DNA of 64,000 nucleotides, from assembly GCA_024639325.1 (NCBI GenBank), contig JAHEIO010000001.1, positions 54,404 to 118,403 of the forward strand. Direction: 5' to 3'. The notes under the pieces were generated by a model, which worked only from the letters and a program-made list of their open reading frames with translations, made no database searches and was not told where the DNA came from. The number at the start of each line of letters is the position of its first letter. Within the stretch, counting starts at the first letter, position 1. Positions 39,647 through 48,522 of this stretch are shown piece after piece. The DNA comes from Gammaproteobacteria bacterium (GTDB taxonomy: Bacteria > Pseudomonadota > Gammaproteobacteria > Arenicellales > JAANXG01). The position numbers and the translations under genes were made by a program.

Positions 39647-40009
39647 TCAATCTTGCTTTGCGCTATCAGGGTCCTCAGTGCGCTGCCAGTCGATGCCCAG
39701 CACCAGGCAACCTTCCTCGGTGCGGCTGTAGTGGCGGGTTCCGGGCTCCATGATCACGTAGTCGCCGGGCGTCAGAACGGTCCCGTCGTCCTCGATCAGG
39801 CTGCCCTCCAGAATGATGTAATCTTCCTGCTGCCGGTGGGTGTGCGTTTCGAACCGTGCACCGGGTTCCATGCGCACCATGTACGCCCCTTCACCTGTTT
39901 TTCGGTTATAACTCAACGGCAGCAACGACATGTCGTGCTGCACCGGTCCCTCCATATCGTAGGTTTGGAACGGCACCGACCGCGTTTTCACTATTCGCCG
40001 ACCTTGCAT
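39647..40009 (-). CDS. cupin-domain protein (ChrR-like cupin)
   Basis: 120 aa. It shows the cupin pattern ETHTHRQQEDYIILEGSL...PGDYVIMEPGTRH. Confidence 0.55.
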   Translation of the reverse strand: MQGRRIVKTRSVPFQTYDMEGPVQHDMSLLPLSYNRKTGEGAYMVRMEPGARFETHTHRQQEDYIILEGSLIEDDGTVLTPGDYVIMEPGTRHYSRTEEGCLVLGIDWQRTEDPDSAKQD

Positions 40010-40085
40010 CTTTCCCTCGCGTCAGTTGAATCGAGCGACCCGGATAATAGACTGTCGCACGACCCGGTGTCATCATCTCGGAGGC

Positions 40086-40114
40086 TTGACACTGGTACAG
40101 CACGGCTTTAACTT
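40086..40114 (+). promoter_or_regulatory. sigma70-like promoter, TTGACA-17 nt-TAACTT, upstream of the FMO gene
   Basis: The hexamers were read directly at 40086-40091 and 40109-40114. A GGAGGA Shine-Dalgarno precedes ATG 40163. Confidence 0.35.
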
Positions 40115-40162
40115 GAGCTGGTAATATTCAGTTTGTAAAAAAAACACAATCGGAGGAGCCTA

Positions 40163-41506
40163 ATGTCTACTCGTGTTGCTGTAATCGGCGCGGGCCCCAG
40201 CGGTCTTGCACAATTGCGGGCGTTCAAATCGGCCCAGGACAAGGGTGGGGCAATCCCGGAAATCGTGTGTTTCGAACGTCAGGAAGACTGGGGGGGCATC
40301 TGGAACTACACCTGGCGGACCGGGACGGACGAGTACGGTGAACCCGTTCACTGCAGCATGTATCGTTATCTTTGGTCGAACGGACCAAAGGAATGCCTCG
40401 AATTTGCAGATTACTCGTTCGAGGAGCATTTTGGAAAGCCCATCGCATCTTACCCACCACGAGAAGTGCTTTTTGACTATATTCAGGGCCGGGTGGAGAA
40501 GTGCGGCGTCAGGCCGTGGTGCCGCTTCCGTAGCCCCGTCCGGCACGTGGATTACTCTGACGACACCGGCAAATTTACCGTCACGGTCAACGATCTCAAA
40601 GCCGACACGCTGTATTCAGAGGAGTTCGACAACGTGGTTGTGGCTTCCGGCCACTTCTCCACGCCCAACGTTCCACAGTTCGAAGGTTTCGAGAGCTTCA
40701 ACGGCCGCATCCTGCACTCCCATGATTTTCGCGACGCGCTGGAGTTCAAGGACAAGGACATCCTGATTATCGGAACGAGCTACTCGGCCGAGGACATCGG
40801 CTCCCAGTGTTACAAGTACGGTGCACGCTCGATCACCTGCAGCTACCGAACGGCGCCCATGGGTTTCCACTGGCCGGACAACTGGCAGGATGTGCCCATA
40901 TTGACCCGTGTCGAGGGTAAGACGGCGCACTTCAAAGACGGCAGCAGCAAGCAGGTCGACGCTATCATCCTGTGCACCGGATACCTGCACCACTTCCCTT
41001 TTCTTACCGACGATCTCCGTCTCCAAACAGACAACCGGCTGTGGCCCCTGGGGCTGTACAAGGGCGTGGTCTGGGAAAAGAATCCCAAGCTGTTCTACCT
41101 TGGCATGCAGGATCAGTTCTATACATTCAATATGTTCGATGCACAGGCATGGTTCGTACGCGATGTTATCCTCGGGCGGATCTCGCTTCCCTCTGCCGAA
41201 GAAATGTCCAAACACAGCCAGGCCTGGCGTGACCGGGAGGAAAAACTGGAGGACGATGAGCAGATGATCTGGTTCCAGGGAGACTACACGCAGGATCTCA
41301 TCAACGACACCGACTACCCGAGTTTCGACGTGGAAGGCGTGAACAAAACATTCATGGAGTGGGAGCACCACAAGCACGATGACATCATGGGCTTCCGTAA
41401 TAATGCCTACAAGTCCCTGATGACCGGCAATATGCAACCCAAGCATCACACCCCGTGGCTGGAGGAAATGGATGATTCCATGGAGACCTACCTTGGATCG
41501 AAGTAA
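40163..41506 (+). CDS. tmm: flavin-containing monooxygenase, trimethylamine monooxygenase type
   Basis: 447 aa. It has FAD motif GAGPSG, FMO motif [11 protein letters not shown] and NADPH motif GTSYSA. The N-terminal block [19 protein letters not shown]...[23 protein letters not shown] matches my recollection of bacterial Tmm. Confidence 0.75.
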   Translation: MSTRVAVIGAGPSGLAQLRAFKSAQDKGGAIPEIVCFERQEDWGGIWNYTWRTGTDEYGEPVHCSMYRYLWSNGPKECLEFADYSFEEHFGKPIASYPPREVLFDYIQGRVEKCGVRPWCRFRSPVRHVDYSDDTGKFTVTVNDLKADTLYSEEFDNVVVASGHFSTPNVPQFEGFESFNGRILHSHDFRDALEFKDKDILIIGTSYSAEDIGSQCYKYGARSITCSYRTAPMGFHWPDNWQDVPILTRVEGKTAHFKDGSSKQVDAIILCTGYLHHFPFLTDDLRLQTDNRLWPLGLYKGVVWEKNPKLFYLGMQDQFYTFNMFDAQAWFVRDVILGRISLPSAEEMSKHSQAWRDREEKLEDDEQMIWFQGDYTQDLINDTDYPSFDVEGVNKTFMEWEHHKHDDIMGFRNNAYKSLMTGNMQPKHHTPWLEEMDDSMETYLGSK

Positions 41507-41509
41507 TAA

Positions 41510-41538
41510 TGAAGGTAACCCTGATTACTTCAGTTTTT
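41510..41538 (+). terminator. candidate intrinsic terminator after the FMO gene
   Basis: TGAAGGTAA-CCCTGA-TTACTTCA forms a stem with one bulge, followed by GTTTTT. Confidence 0.4.
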
Positions 41539-41597
41539 CGTCACTGCGAACGAAGTCAGGCGAACGCCCTGGATTGCCGCGTCGCTACGGGATGACG
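41539..41597. repeat. REP-like imperfect palindrome (CGTCAYTGCGAACGA ... GGATTGCCGCGT ... ATGACG type)
   Basis: The arm motifs are shared with 42982-43072. The element sits in the intergenic region upstream of the binding-protein gene. Confidence 0.4.
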
Positions 41598-41660
41598 CTT
41601 AAGCAAAGTTTCCCGAAGTACCAGACAGGGTAAACATAAACATCTTTGGAGGACATAGTA

Positions 41661-42956
41661 ATGACTAAAACACCGACGTCTGTTTTCAGGCAGCGCTTTA
41701 GCCGCCGCCGCTTTCTGGGCACCACCCTGGCCGGCATGGGGGCGGCTCTGACAACCGGACTACCGAAGGTCGGCCTTGCGGATGCCAAGACCGTCAGGCT
41801 CGGTATGAATATCCCGATGACCGGCGACTATGCCCCCTGGGGACTCCCCGGCTTGTACGGCTGCGAGATCGTCGCCGCCAATATCAACGCGGCCGGCGGC
41901 GTCAAGATCGGCAACGATACCTACATGATCGAGATGGCATCCTATGACCACGGTTACGACACCGAGAAATCGGTGCAGGGTTTCAAAAAGCTCGTGCTCG
42001 AGGACGACGTCAAGATGGTTATGATGCTGGGTGGATCGACGGTTGCCTCGATCATCCCGTGGGCCATGCGCAAGAAGATGCTGACCACCACGCTCCTGCC
42101 CAGCGATATCACGCCCGACACGGAGTATCTGGTCGCCACTTGTGAATCTCACCCACTGTACAACGTGACCGGCGTCGAGTGGCTCGCGGACAAATTTCCT
42201 GAAGCCAAAACGGCGGCGATCATTACCACCAATGACATCGAATACGGCAAGCAATCCGCCGCGACCTACAATGCGGCATTCGAAGTGGCCGGCATAGACG
42301 TCGTGGATGTCAATTTCCACGGTTTCGACGTGGCCGATTTTGCACCCATCGTCAGCTCGCTTTTGTCGAAGAAACCGGACGTATTCTGCATGGCCACCGA
42401 CGTGTATACCACGCCGATCATCGAACAGCTGTTTCATCAGGGATTCAAAGGCAAGATCGTATCCTGCACCTGCGACGGTTATCTGGATGTCATTGCCAAG
42501 ACGAGCAAGGAGTTCGTCGAGGGCCTTACCTTCCAGTTCCCCGATTTCGATGATCCTGCGCTCACCCCGGACAAAGCGGATTTCCCGGATCCGGCCGGTT
42601 TCGACGCCGCCTTTAACAAGGATCATGCCGGCGAATGGTCGGCGGTGGCATGGGAGTACCCCTCCATTCTGCTGAATTGGATCGAGGCGGCGCAGGCCGC
42701 CGGAAGCATCGAGCCCGAGCCGGTGTTGAGTGCCATGAAGGCCAATTCCTCGCCGGCACACACCTTCGGCCCCGGCAAATGGTGGGGCGCGGATCTCTGG
42801 GGGCTGGACAACGCGGTAGTCGGCAACTGGCCGGTGGTTGCGATCAATGACGGCAAGGCTCGCATCCAGGAGTACCGAAGCGTGTACGACTGGCTGCAGA
42901 ACAACGCCGGCGTCCTGAAGAAGCATATGCAGGCGCTGGACCTTCGCACCGTTTAA
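41661..42956 (+). CDS. ABC transporter substrate-binding protein, Leu/Ile/Val-binding (type I PBP) family, with a twin-arginine signal
   Basis: ATG 41661 follows a GGAGGA Shine-Dalgarno. It has a Tat motif SRRRFLGTTLAGMGAAL. The mature domain is Liv-type (VRLGMNIPMTGDYAPWG). Confidence 0.75.
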   Translation: MTKTPTSVFRQRFSRRRFLGTTLAGMGAALTTGLPKVGLADAKTVRLGMNIPMTGDYAPWGLPGLYGCEIVAANINAAGGVKIGNDTYMIEMASYDHGYDTEKSVQGFKKLVLEDDVKMVMMLGGSTVASIIPWAMRKKMLTTTLLPSDITPDTEYLVATCESHPLYNVTGVEWLADKFPEAKTAAIITTNDIEYGKQSAATYNAAFEVAGIDVVDVNFHGFDVADFAPIVSSLLSKKPDVFCMATDVYTTPIIEQLFHQGFKGKIVSCTCDGYLDVIAKTSKEFVEGLTFQFPDFDDPALTPDKADFPDPAGFDAAFNKDHAGEWSAVAWEYPSILLNWIEAAQAAGSIEPEPVLSAMKANSSPAHTFGPGKWWGADLWGLDNAVVGNWPVVAINDGKARIQEYRSVYDWLQNNAGVLKKHMQALDLRTV

Positions 42957-42981
42957 GGAAAATCTGACTCGTAAATTAGTT

Positions 42982-43072
42982 CGTTATTGCGAACGACGTG
43001 AAGCAATCCAGAATCGTTGTCATTCAAGGGCTTCCGGATTGCCGCGTTACTCCGCTCCATATACGCAATGAC
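42982..43072. repeat. REP-like imperfect palindrome, second copy
   Basis: The left arm is CGTTATTGCGAACGACGTGAAGCAATCCAG and the right arm is CCGGATTGCCGCGTTAC...CGCAATGAC. It is related to 41539-41597. Confidence 0.4.
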
Positions 43073-43152
43073 ACAATTGGTCGGATGTTACGGGATCAAG
43101 GCGGCGCCTGCCGCCTTGATCCCGGACCCAGCGGGGTCAGGAGCGCCTGATT

Positions 43153-44022
43153 TTGGAGCTATTTCTCCAGTCCGTCGTTAACAGTTTCATTCAGGGTGGA
43201 TTCTTCAGCCTCTGGGCGGTTGGCCTCGTCCTCGTGTTCGGGGTCATGGGCGTGGTCAATTTTGCCCATGGCGAGCTGGTCATGGTGGGCGCCTATTCGA
43301 TCTGGGTGCTCCACGCGCAGTACGGCCTTCCATACATCCCGGCACTGTGCATGGCTGTTTTGCTGGTGACGACCATCGGTGTTCTCATGGAACGATTTTT
43401 GTTCCGGCCCAAGCGGGAGGACCCGCTCGGCGGGCTCATCAATTCTCTCGGCGTATTGTTCATCCTGCAGGTGGCGGCCCACGTCGTGGGCGGTACCGGT
43501 CCGGCAAAGCAGGTGGCGCCGCCGTTCTCGGGCACGTTCGTCATCGAGGAGTTCCTGCGCGTTCCCTACCAGAGACTGTTCGCCGTTGCCGTCTCCGTCG
43601 CAGCGCTGGGACTTTTATGGTTCTTTCTGACCCGTACCCGGCTGGGGTGGTCGCTGCGCGCGATGGCGCAGGACCGGGAGGCAGCCGCTCTGCAGGGTAT
43701 CAACATCAACCGCACGTCGATGATTGCCATTGGCGTCAGCGGAGCACTGGCGGGCCTCGCCGGAGCCCTGATGGCGCCCATGACGAGCATCCACCCGCAC
43801 ATGGGCCACAATGTGATCATCACGGCGTTCATCGTCACTATCGTCGGCGGCATAGGCAGCCTGTCCGGCGCGGTTCTGGCCGCGGTTCTGTATGCCTTTC
43901 TGCACACGTTCGTGACCGCGTACATCAGCGGTACGGTAGCCACCATGTCCGGACTGCTCATCATGGTGCTGGTGCTGATAGTCAAGCCCACCGGCATCAT
44001 GGGCAAGCGCGTGTCGGAGTAG
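43153..44022 (+). CDS. branched-chain-amino-acid-type ABC permease (LivH-like)
   Basis: 289 aa polytopic protein of the BPD_transp_2 type (NFAHGELVMVGAY). The start is TTG. Confidence 0.8.
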   Translation: MELFLQSVVNSFIQGGFFSLWAVGLVLVFGVMGVVNFAHGELVMVGAYSIWVLHAQYGLPYIPALCMAVLLVTTIGVLMERFLFRPKREDPLGGLINSLGVLFILQVAAHVVGGTGPAKQVAPPFSGTFVIEEFLRVPYQRLFAVAVSVAALGLLWFFLTRTRLGWSLRAMAQDREAAALQGININRTSMIAIGVSGALAGLAGALMAPMTSIHPHMGHNVIITAFIVTIVGGIGSLSGAVLAAVLYAFLHTFVTAYISGTVATMSGLLIMVLVLIVKPTGIMGKRVSE

Positions 44023-44025
44023 GCC

Positions 44026-44979
44026 ATGGGCGCGAACAAGCTCACCCACGTTGCCGGCACCGCCGCACTGCTGATTGCGCTGGTAATCCTGCCAGGTCAC
44101 CTCAAGTACCATCACCAGGATTTCATCATCTTTCTCACCATCAATGTTCTGGTCGTCGTCAGTTACCGCCTGATGACGCTGACCGGCGAGTGGTCACTGA
44201 TACATATCGTCATGATGGGGGTGGGTGCGTATACCAGCGCCCTTCTTTCCAAGAATCTGGGGGTCTCGGTCTGGCTTTCCATACCGTTGGCCGGTGTCAG
44301 CGCCGGTGCCGTGGCGGCGCTGTTGAGTTTTCCACTGTTTCGCATGACCCAGTTCTACTTTCTCATCGGATCGTTCGCGGTGGGGGAGGCCATCCGGCTG
44401 GCCTGGGTATATTTCGTTTATCCGTTCGGTGGATCCAGCGGCATCAATACCATCCCATCGCCGGAGCTGTTCACTATAGACTTCATGGAACCCATACCCT
44501 ATTTCTACCTCGTTCTGGCCGTTGTAACCCTGTGCTTGCTCATCCTGCACCGCATAGAGAACTCTCGCATCGGGCTGACGCTGCACGCCGTGCACTGGAA
44601 GTCCCCGCTGGCCGAGTCGGTGGGGGTGAATGCGTGGAAATACCGTACCCTGGCTTTCATCATTGCCTCGATCTTCGTGGGCGTAGCGGGTGCGTTGAAA
44701 GTGCACTACCTTGGCAACGTGACGCCGCATCAATTCGGCGTGGGGACGATGGTTTTCGTGCTGATCTGGGTTATCGTAGGCGGATACAACACATTTTACG
44801 GGCCCATACTGGGGGCGATCGTCCTTTCGATCCTGGATGAGGCATTCCGTGCATTCGAGGCTATCAGGCCAGCGATTTATGGTGTGCTGCTGATCGCCGC
44901 CATCATGTTCATGCCCAGAGGGCTGGAGAGCGTGCCCGGTTGGTTTCGTGAACGCCTCTTCCGCAAGACGGCGGAATAG
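44026..44979 (+). CDS. branched-chain-amino-acid-type ABC permease (LivM-like)
   Basis: 317 aa polytopic protein. It is the second permease of the operon. Confidence 0.8.
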   Translation: MGANKLTHVAGTAALLIALVILPGHLKYHHQDFIIFLTINVLVVVSYRLMTLTGEWSLIHIVMMGVGAYTSALLSKNLGVSVWLSIPLAGVSAGAVAALLSFPLFRMTQFYFLIGSFAVGEAIRLAWVYFVYPFGGSSGINTIPSPELFTIDFMEPIPYFYLVLAVVTLCLLILHRIENSRIGLTLHAVHWKSPLAESVGVNAWKYRTLAFIIASIFVGVAGALKVHYLGNVTPHQFGVGTMVFVLIWVIVGGYNTFYGPILGAIVLSILDEAFRAFEAIRPAIYGVLLIAAIMFMPRGLESVPGWFRERLFRKTAE

Positions 44980-44995
44980 CTAAAGACGATGTTCC

Positions 44996-45757
44996 ATGCC
45001 TCTGCTCGAAATCAGTAAACTCACCAAGCACTTCGGCGGCCTGACCGCATTGAACGACGTGAGTTTCAGCGTCGACAGGGGAGAGATCCGCGGGCTCATC
45101 GGCCCGAACGGGGCGGGCAAGAGCACTATGTTCAAGAACATCGCCGGATTCTATACACCCAGTGCGGGTGACATCCTGTTGGACGGGGAATCGATCCGTG
45201 GGCATGCACCACACGAGATCGCGGGCCGCGGCGTGGTTCGCACGTTCCAGGAAACCACGCTGTTCCAGGAACTGTCCGTGTTCCAGAATGCGCTGGTAGG
45301 CTGCCACCTGCGGGCCAGGACCAACATCGTGTCGGCGGTACTCGGCCTGGACGGCGCAAGGCAGCGGGCGGCGAGACAGAAAGCCGCTGAGGTCCTCGAA
45401 TTCATGGGCTTGTCGGAGCGCCGTGATCAACTCGCTTCCGAATTGCCGCTGGGATCCCAGAGGGCGCTGGCGGTGGCCATCGCCCTGGCCTCATCACCGC
45501 GGCTGTTGTTGATGGACGAACCTTTCGCAGGGATGAACCCGGAGGAAACCCGGCAAATGATGGATCTGACCCGAAAGGTCAACGACTCCGGCGTTACCGT
45601 GGTGCTTGTCGAGCACGACATGAAGGCGGTGATGGGATTGTGCCGACAAATTACGGTGCTGAACTTTGGCACGCTGCTGACTGAGGGGTCTCCGGAGGAG
45701 ATCAGAAACGACGAGCGCGTGGTGCGCGCCTACCTCGGAGGAGGGCACCGGCTTTGA
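44996..45757 (+). CDS. ABC ATP-binding protein (LivG-like)
   Basis: Walker A GPNGAGKST and Walker B LLLMDEPFAGM are present. Confidence 0.85.
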   Translation: MPLLEISKLTKHFGGLTALNDVSFSVDRGEIRGLIGPNGAGKSTMFKNIAGFYTPSAGDILLDGESIRGHAPHEIAGRGVVRTFQETTLFQELSVFQNALVGCHLRARTNIVSAVLGLDGARQRAARQKAAEVLEFMGLSERRDQLASELPLGSQRALAVAIALASSPRLLLMDEPFAGMNPEETRQMMDLTRKVNDSGVTVVLVEHDMKAVMGLCRQITVLNFGTLLTEGSPEEIRNDERVVRAYLGGGHRL

Positions 45758-46464
45758 TGCTGCTGTCGGTCAAAGACGTCCACGTTCACTACAACAAGAT
45801 CGCCGCCCTGCGCGGCGTCTCGATCGACATAGAAGATGGGGATTTTGTCACGCTGATCGGGTCCAACGGTGCCGGAAAGAGCACCACTTTGAGGGCGATC
45901 TCAGGGCTGGAGAGCCCGAGCTCGGGAGAAATCGAGTTCAGCGGGAATCCCATTCACCGCCTGTCGCCCGACCGAATTCTGAAACTGGGCATTGCCCAGG
46001 TACCGGAGGGCCGGCGCGTATTCAAGGATCTTTCGGTACTGGAAAACCTGCGCCTCGGCGCGTTCACCCGACGCGATGAACGAGCGATAAAACGGGATCT
46101 GGATTCGGTGTTTCATCATTTCCCCCGGCTCGAGGAGCGGTCCGGTCAGCAGGCGAGGACGCTTAGCGGCGGAGAACAGCAAATGCTCGCGATAGGGCGC
46201 GCACTGATGTCCTCGCCCAAGCTGTTGTTGCTCGATGAGCCTTCTCTGGGTCTTGCTCCCATCGTCGTGGAGGAAATCGCGAAAATCCTGGTGGACATCA
46301 ACAAGCAGGGCGTTGCTGTGGTGCTAGTCGAACAAAACGCGGACCTGGCACTCGATCTGGCCCGGCATGGCTACGTACTCGAAACCGGTCGCATCGCGCT
46401 GGAAGGCCCGGCGAATCAGCTCGCAGACAACGAACACGTCAAGACGGCCTACCTGGGTATTTAG
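45754..46464 (+). CDS. ABC ATP-binding protein (LivF-like)
   Basis: Walker A GSNGAGKST, signature LSGGEQQML and the C-terminal AYLG motif are present. The gene overlaps the upstream ATPase gene by 4 nt. Confidence 0.85.
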   Translation: MMLLSVKDVHVHYNKIAALRGVSIDIEDGDFVTLIGSNGAGKSTTLRAISGLESPSSGEIEFSGNPIHRLSPDRILKLGIAQVPEGRRVFKDLSVLENLRLGAFTRRDERAIKRDLDSVFHHFPRLEERSGQQARTLSGGEQQMLAIGRALMSSPKLLLLDEPSLGLAPIVVEEIAKILVDINKQGVAVVLVEQNADLALDLARHGYVLETGRIALEGPANQLADNEHVKTAYLGI

Positions 46465-46487
46465 CCCGCATTTCTCACCAGGCGGCT
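46465..46487. repeat. 23-nt fragment identical to the 5' end of the dispersed repeat
   Basis: CCCGCATTTCTCACCAGGCGGCT is identical to 22213-22235. It starts immediately after the livF-like stop codon. Confidence 0.7.
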
Positions 46488-46517
46488 GGCCGGCATGCTG
46501 CACCGGCCCGGAGCAGA

Positions 46518-47756
46518 TCACTGCATTTTCTGCACGATGGAAATGAAAATGCTTGCGAAAATCGCCGATGTGATGACTCCACTGATGCTTGCTCCCAGTG
46601 CGTGCGGCAGGATAACCGCACCCGGGGTCTCCGCCGCGACGCACTTCTGCGCCACTTTGGCACAGGTGGGGACACAGCTCACGCCGGCAATGCCTATGAC
46701 GGGGTTGTACTTTTTTCCGGTCGCGAAATACAGGATATAACCTCCGATCAGGCCGCCGATCCCCGACAGCAGCAGGGCAAGGATGCCGATTACAAGCAGC
46801 GTCACCACCTTGGGGTCGAGAAGGGTATTGGCCTCGCACAGTATGCCCAGCAGCAGGCCCAGAAAGAAGGTGGCGCCGTAGAGAACAGGGCCACCAAAGG
46901 TCTGGACGTAATGTCCCAGATCGCTCTCGCGGATCATGACGCCCAGGAACAAGGACAGAAAAAGCGGTGCAGCCACGGGGAACAACAGACACAACACCGT
47001 ACATGCGACTACCGAAAAAATGATTTTCTCGCGCGAGGAGATGACGCGGGTTTTTTCGGGCGGCATCTGCAGACCGCGGATATGCTTTGGAACCAGCATC
47101 CGGATCAGGTAAGGATAGCCCCCGTAGGTCAGGCCCAGGTATAGATAGGCGACCACCGTTATGGGTACGAACAGATCCGGGGAAAGTAACAGCGCCGTGA
47201 ACAGGATCATGGGCCCGTCAGCGCCGCCGATGGTCGCTACTGCCGCCGCATCGTTGATGGGCAGATCCCACCAGATGGCGAGCGGAAATGCCAGCACCGT
47301 GCCGAGTTCGGCACACAGTGCAATGAACATGCTCTTGAACGGCCGGGCGATCACGAAACCGACGTCCAGAAGCACGCCCACGCCGAGAAGTACCAGACAG
47401 GCGATCAATCCGTTGCTGAAGGTGAATGTATAAATGGGCTGAAGCCAGTCGAACTGCAGGGTGGCCATCAGGGCTTCGGTATCCTCGACCAGTGGATCGA
47501 GAAACAATGTCCCCTGCCGACCGGTTTCCTTGTCCCAGAACAGTACGCTGGCATTGACCACCGACATTCCAAGGCCCATGGGTATCATCAGCAGCGCCTC
47601 CAGCACCCCCTTGCGCCCCAGATAAATAAGAAGAAAGCCGAGCAGGATCAGGAAGATCCTCATGGCCGCGATTTCGGGCTCCGACGCGAGCAGCGTCGCG
47701 ATTCCCTGAAACAAGTCGATGTCGAGGAACTCGACCGGCGCCGCGCCAGATTTCAT
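46518..47756 (-). CDS. Na+-translocating decarboxylase beta subunit (OadB/MmdB/GcdB family)
   Basis: 412 aa polytopic protein. The N-terminus FQGIATLL...ILLGFLLIYLG..G.LEALLMIPMGLGM is as in OadB-family pumps. Confidence 0.85.
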   Translation of the reverse strand: MKSGAAPVEFLDIDLFQGIATLLASEPEIAAMRIFLILLGFLLIYLGRKGVLEALLMIPMGLGMSVVNASVLFWDKETGRQGTLFLDPLVEDTEALMATLQFDWLQPIYTFTFSNGLIACLVLLGVGVLLDVGFVIARPFKSMFIALCAELGTVLAFPLAIWWDLPINDAAAVATIGGADGPMILFTALLLSPDLFVPITVVAYLYLGLTYGGYPYLIRMLVPKHIRGLQMPPEKTRVISSREKIIFSVVACTVLCLLFPVAAPLFLSLFLGVMIRESDLGHYVQTFGGPVLYGATFFLGLLLGILCEANTLLDPKVVTLLVIGILALLLSGIGGLIGGYILYFATGKKYNPVIGIAGVSCVPTCAKVAQKCVAAETPGAVILPHALGASISGVITSAIFASIFISIVQKMQ

Positions 47757-47759
47757 GTT

Positions 47760-48140
47760 TTATTCTATGGTCAGTATGCGCTGTCCGGCGTCGATTGCGT
47801 CTTTTACATTCACCGCCAGGTCTGTAATTTTACCGGTTTTGTGAGCCACCACCGTGGTCTTCATCTTCATCGCCTCGATGACGGCCACCTCCTGGCCCTG
47901 GGTAACCTCCTCTCCCTGCGTCACGGGCAACGCACTAATGACTCCCGCCAGCGGGCTCATCAGGTCATTGGGCCCGTGGTCGGATACCGCGGCTGGTGCG
48001 GGCGCTGGAGCCGATGCAGCGGGAGCCGGGATTTTCATGTCCCCCGGCTGGGGCAGTATATAGCTGGTACCCTCGCTCATATCCTCGACGGTGACATCGT
48101 ACTCCACCCCGTTTACGGTAATCTTGAATTTTTTCTGCAT
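47760..48140 (-). CDS. biotin carboxyl carrier subunit (MmdC/GcdC-like)
   Basis: 126 aa. It has an Ala/Pro linker and the biotinylation motif EAMKM. Confidence 0.85.
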   Translation of the reverse strand: MQKKFKITVNGVEYDVTVEDMSEGTSYILPQPGDMKIPAPAASAPAPAPAAVSDHGPNDLMSPLAGVISALPVTQGEEVTQGQEVAVIEAMKMKTTVVAHKTGKITDLAVNVKDAIDAGQRILTIE

Positions 48141-48152
48141 CAGTCGATCCTG

Positions 48153-48491
48153 TTATTCGCCGGGCAAGCGGTGTGGATGGTGTGGAACGTTGTGTGACAC
48201 ATGATGGGCCGTGCGTCCCTCCGACGTCCACGCGCGATTGCGGCTGCGCTCCTCGATGTGCACGATGCGGTGCGCGCCAAGACAAGCGTATATTGCGGCC
48301 GCGATTGCGGCTACGTGTTGTTGAGGAGGGGCCGCGCCGGCTGCCTGTCTCGGCTGCGGCATGGCCGGTTCGGCATCCGTCCTGCTTACCGCCACCGCCA
48401 ACACGATCAACTTGATCATGACGGCAACCGCCATGGAAATGACAATGGCCAGCGCATAGATCTTGAAGCTCAGCAGCACGAATTCAGACAT
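48153..48491 (-). CDS. small membrane subunit (OadG/MmdD-like)
   Basis: 112 aa. It has one N-terminal TM helix and an AAIAAAI motif as in OadG-type subunits. The C-terminus is His-rich. Confidence 0.5.
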   Translation of the reverse strand: MSEFVLLSFKIYALAIVISMAVAVMIKLIVLAVAVSRTDAEPAMPQPRQAAGAAPPQQHVAAIAAAIYACLGAHRIVHIEERSRNRAWTSEGRTAHHVSHNVPHHPHRLPGE

Positions 48492-48522
48492 GATTTATCC
48501 CTTAATTTCCTCGATCGCTTGT

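Noticed and set aside
43347-44840. A 497-aa plus-strand ORF spans the two Liv-type permease genes in another frame.
   Set aside because: It is an Arg/Gly/His-rich nonsense translation. It overlaps two well-formed polytopic permease ORFs that have proper start and stop spacing.
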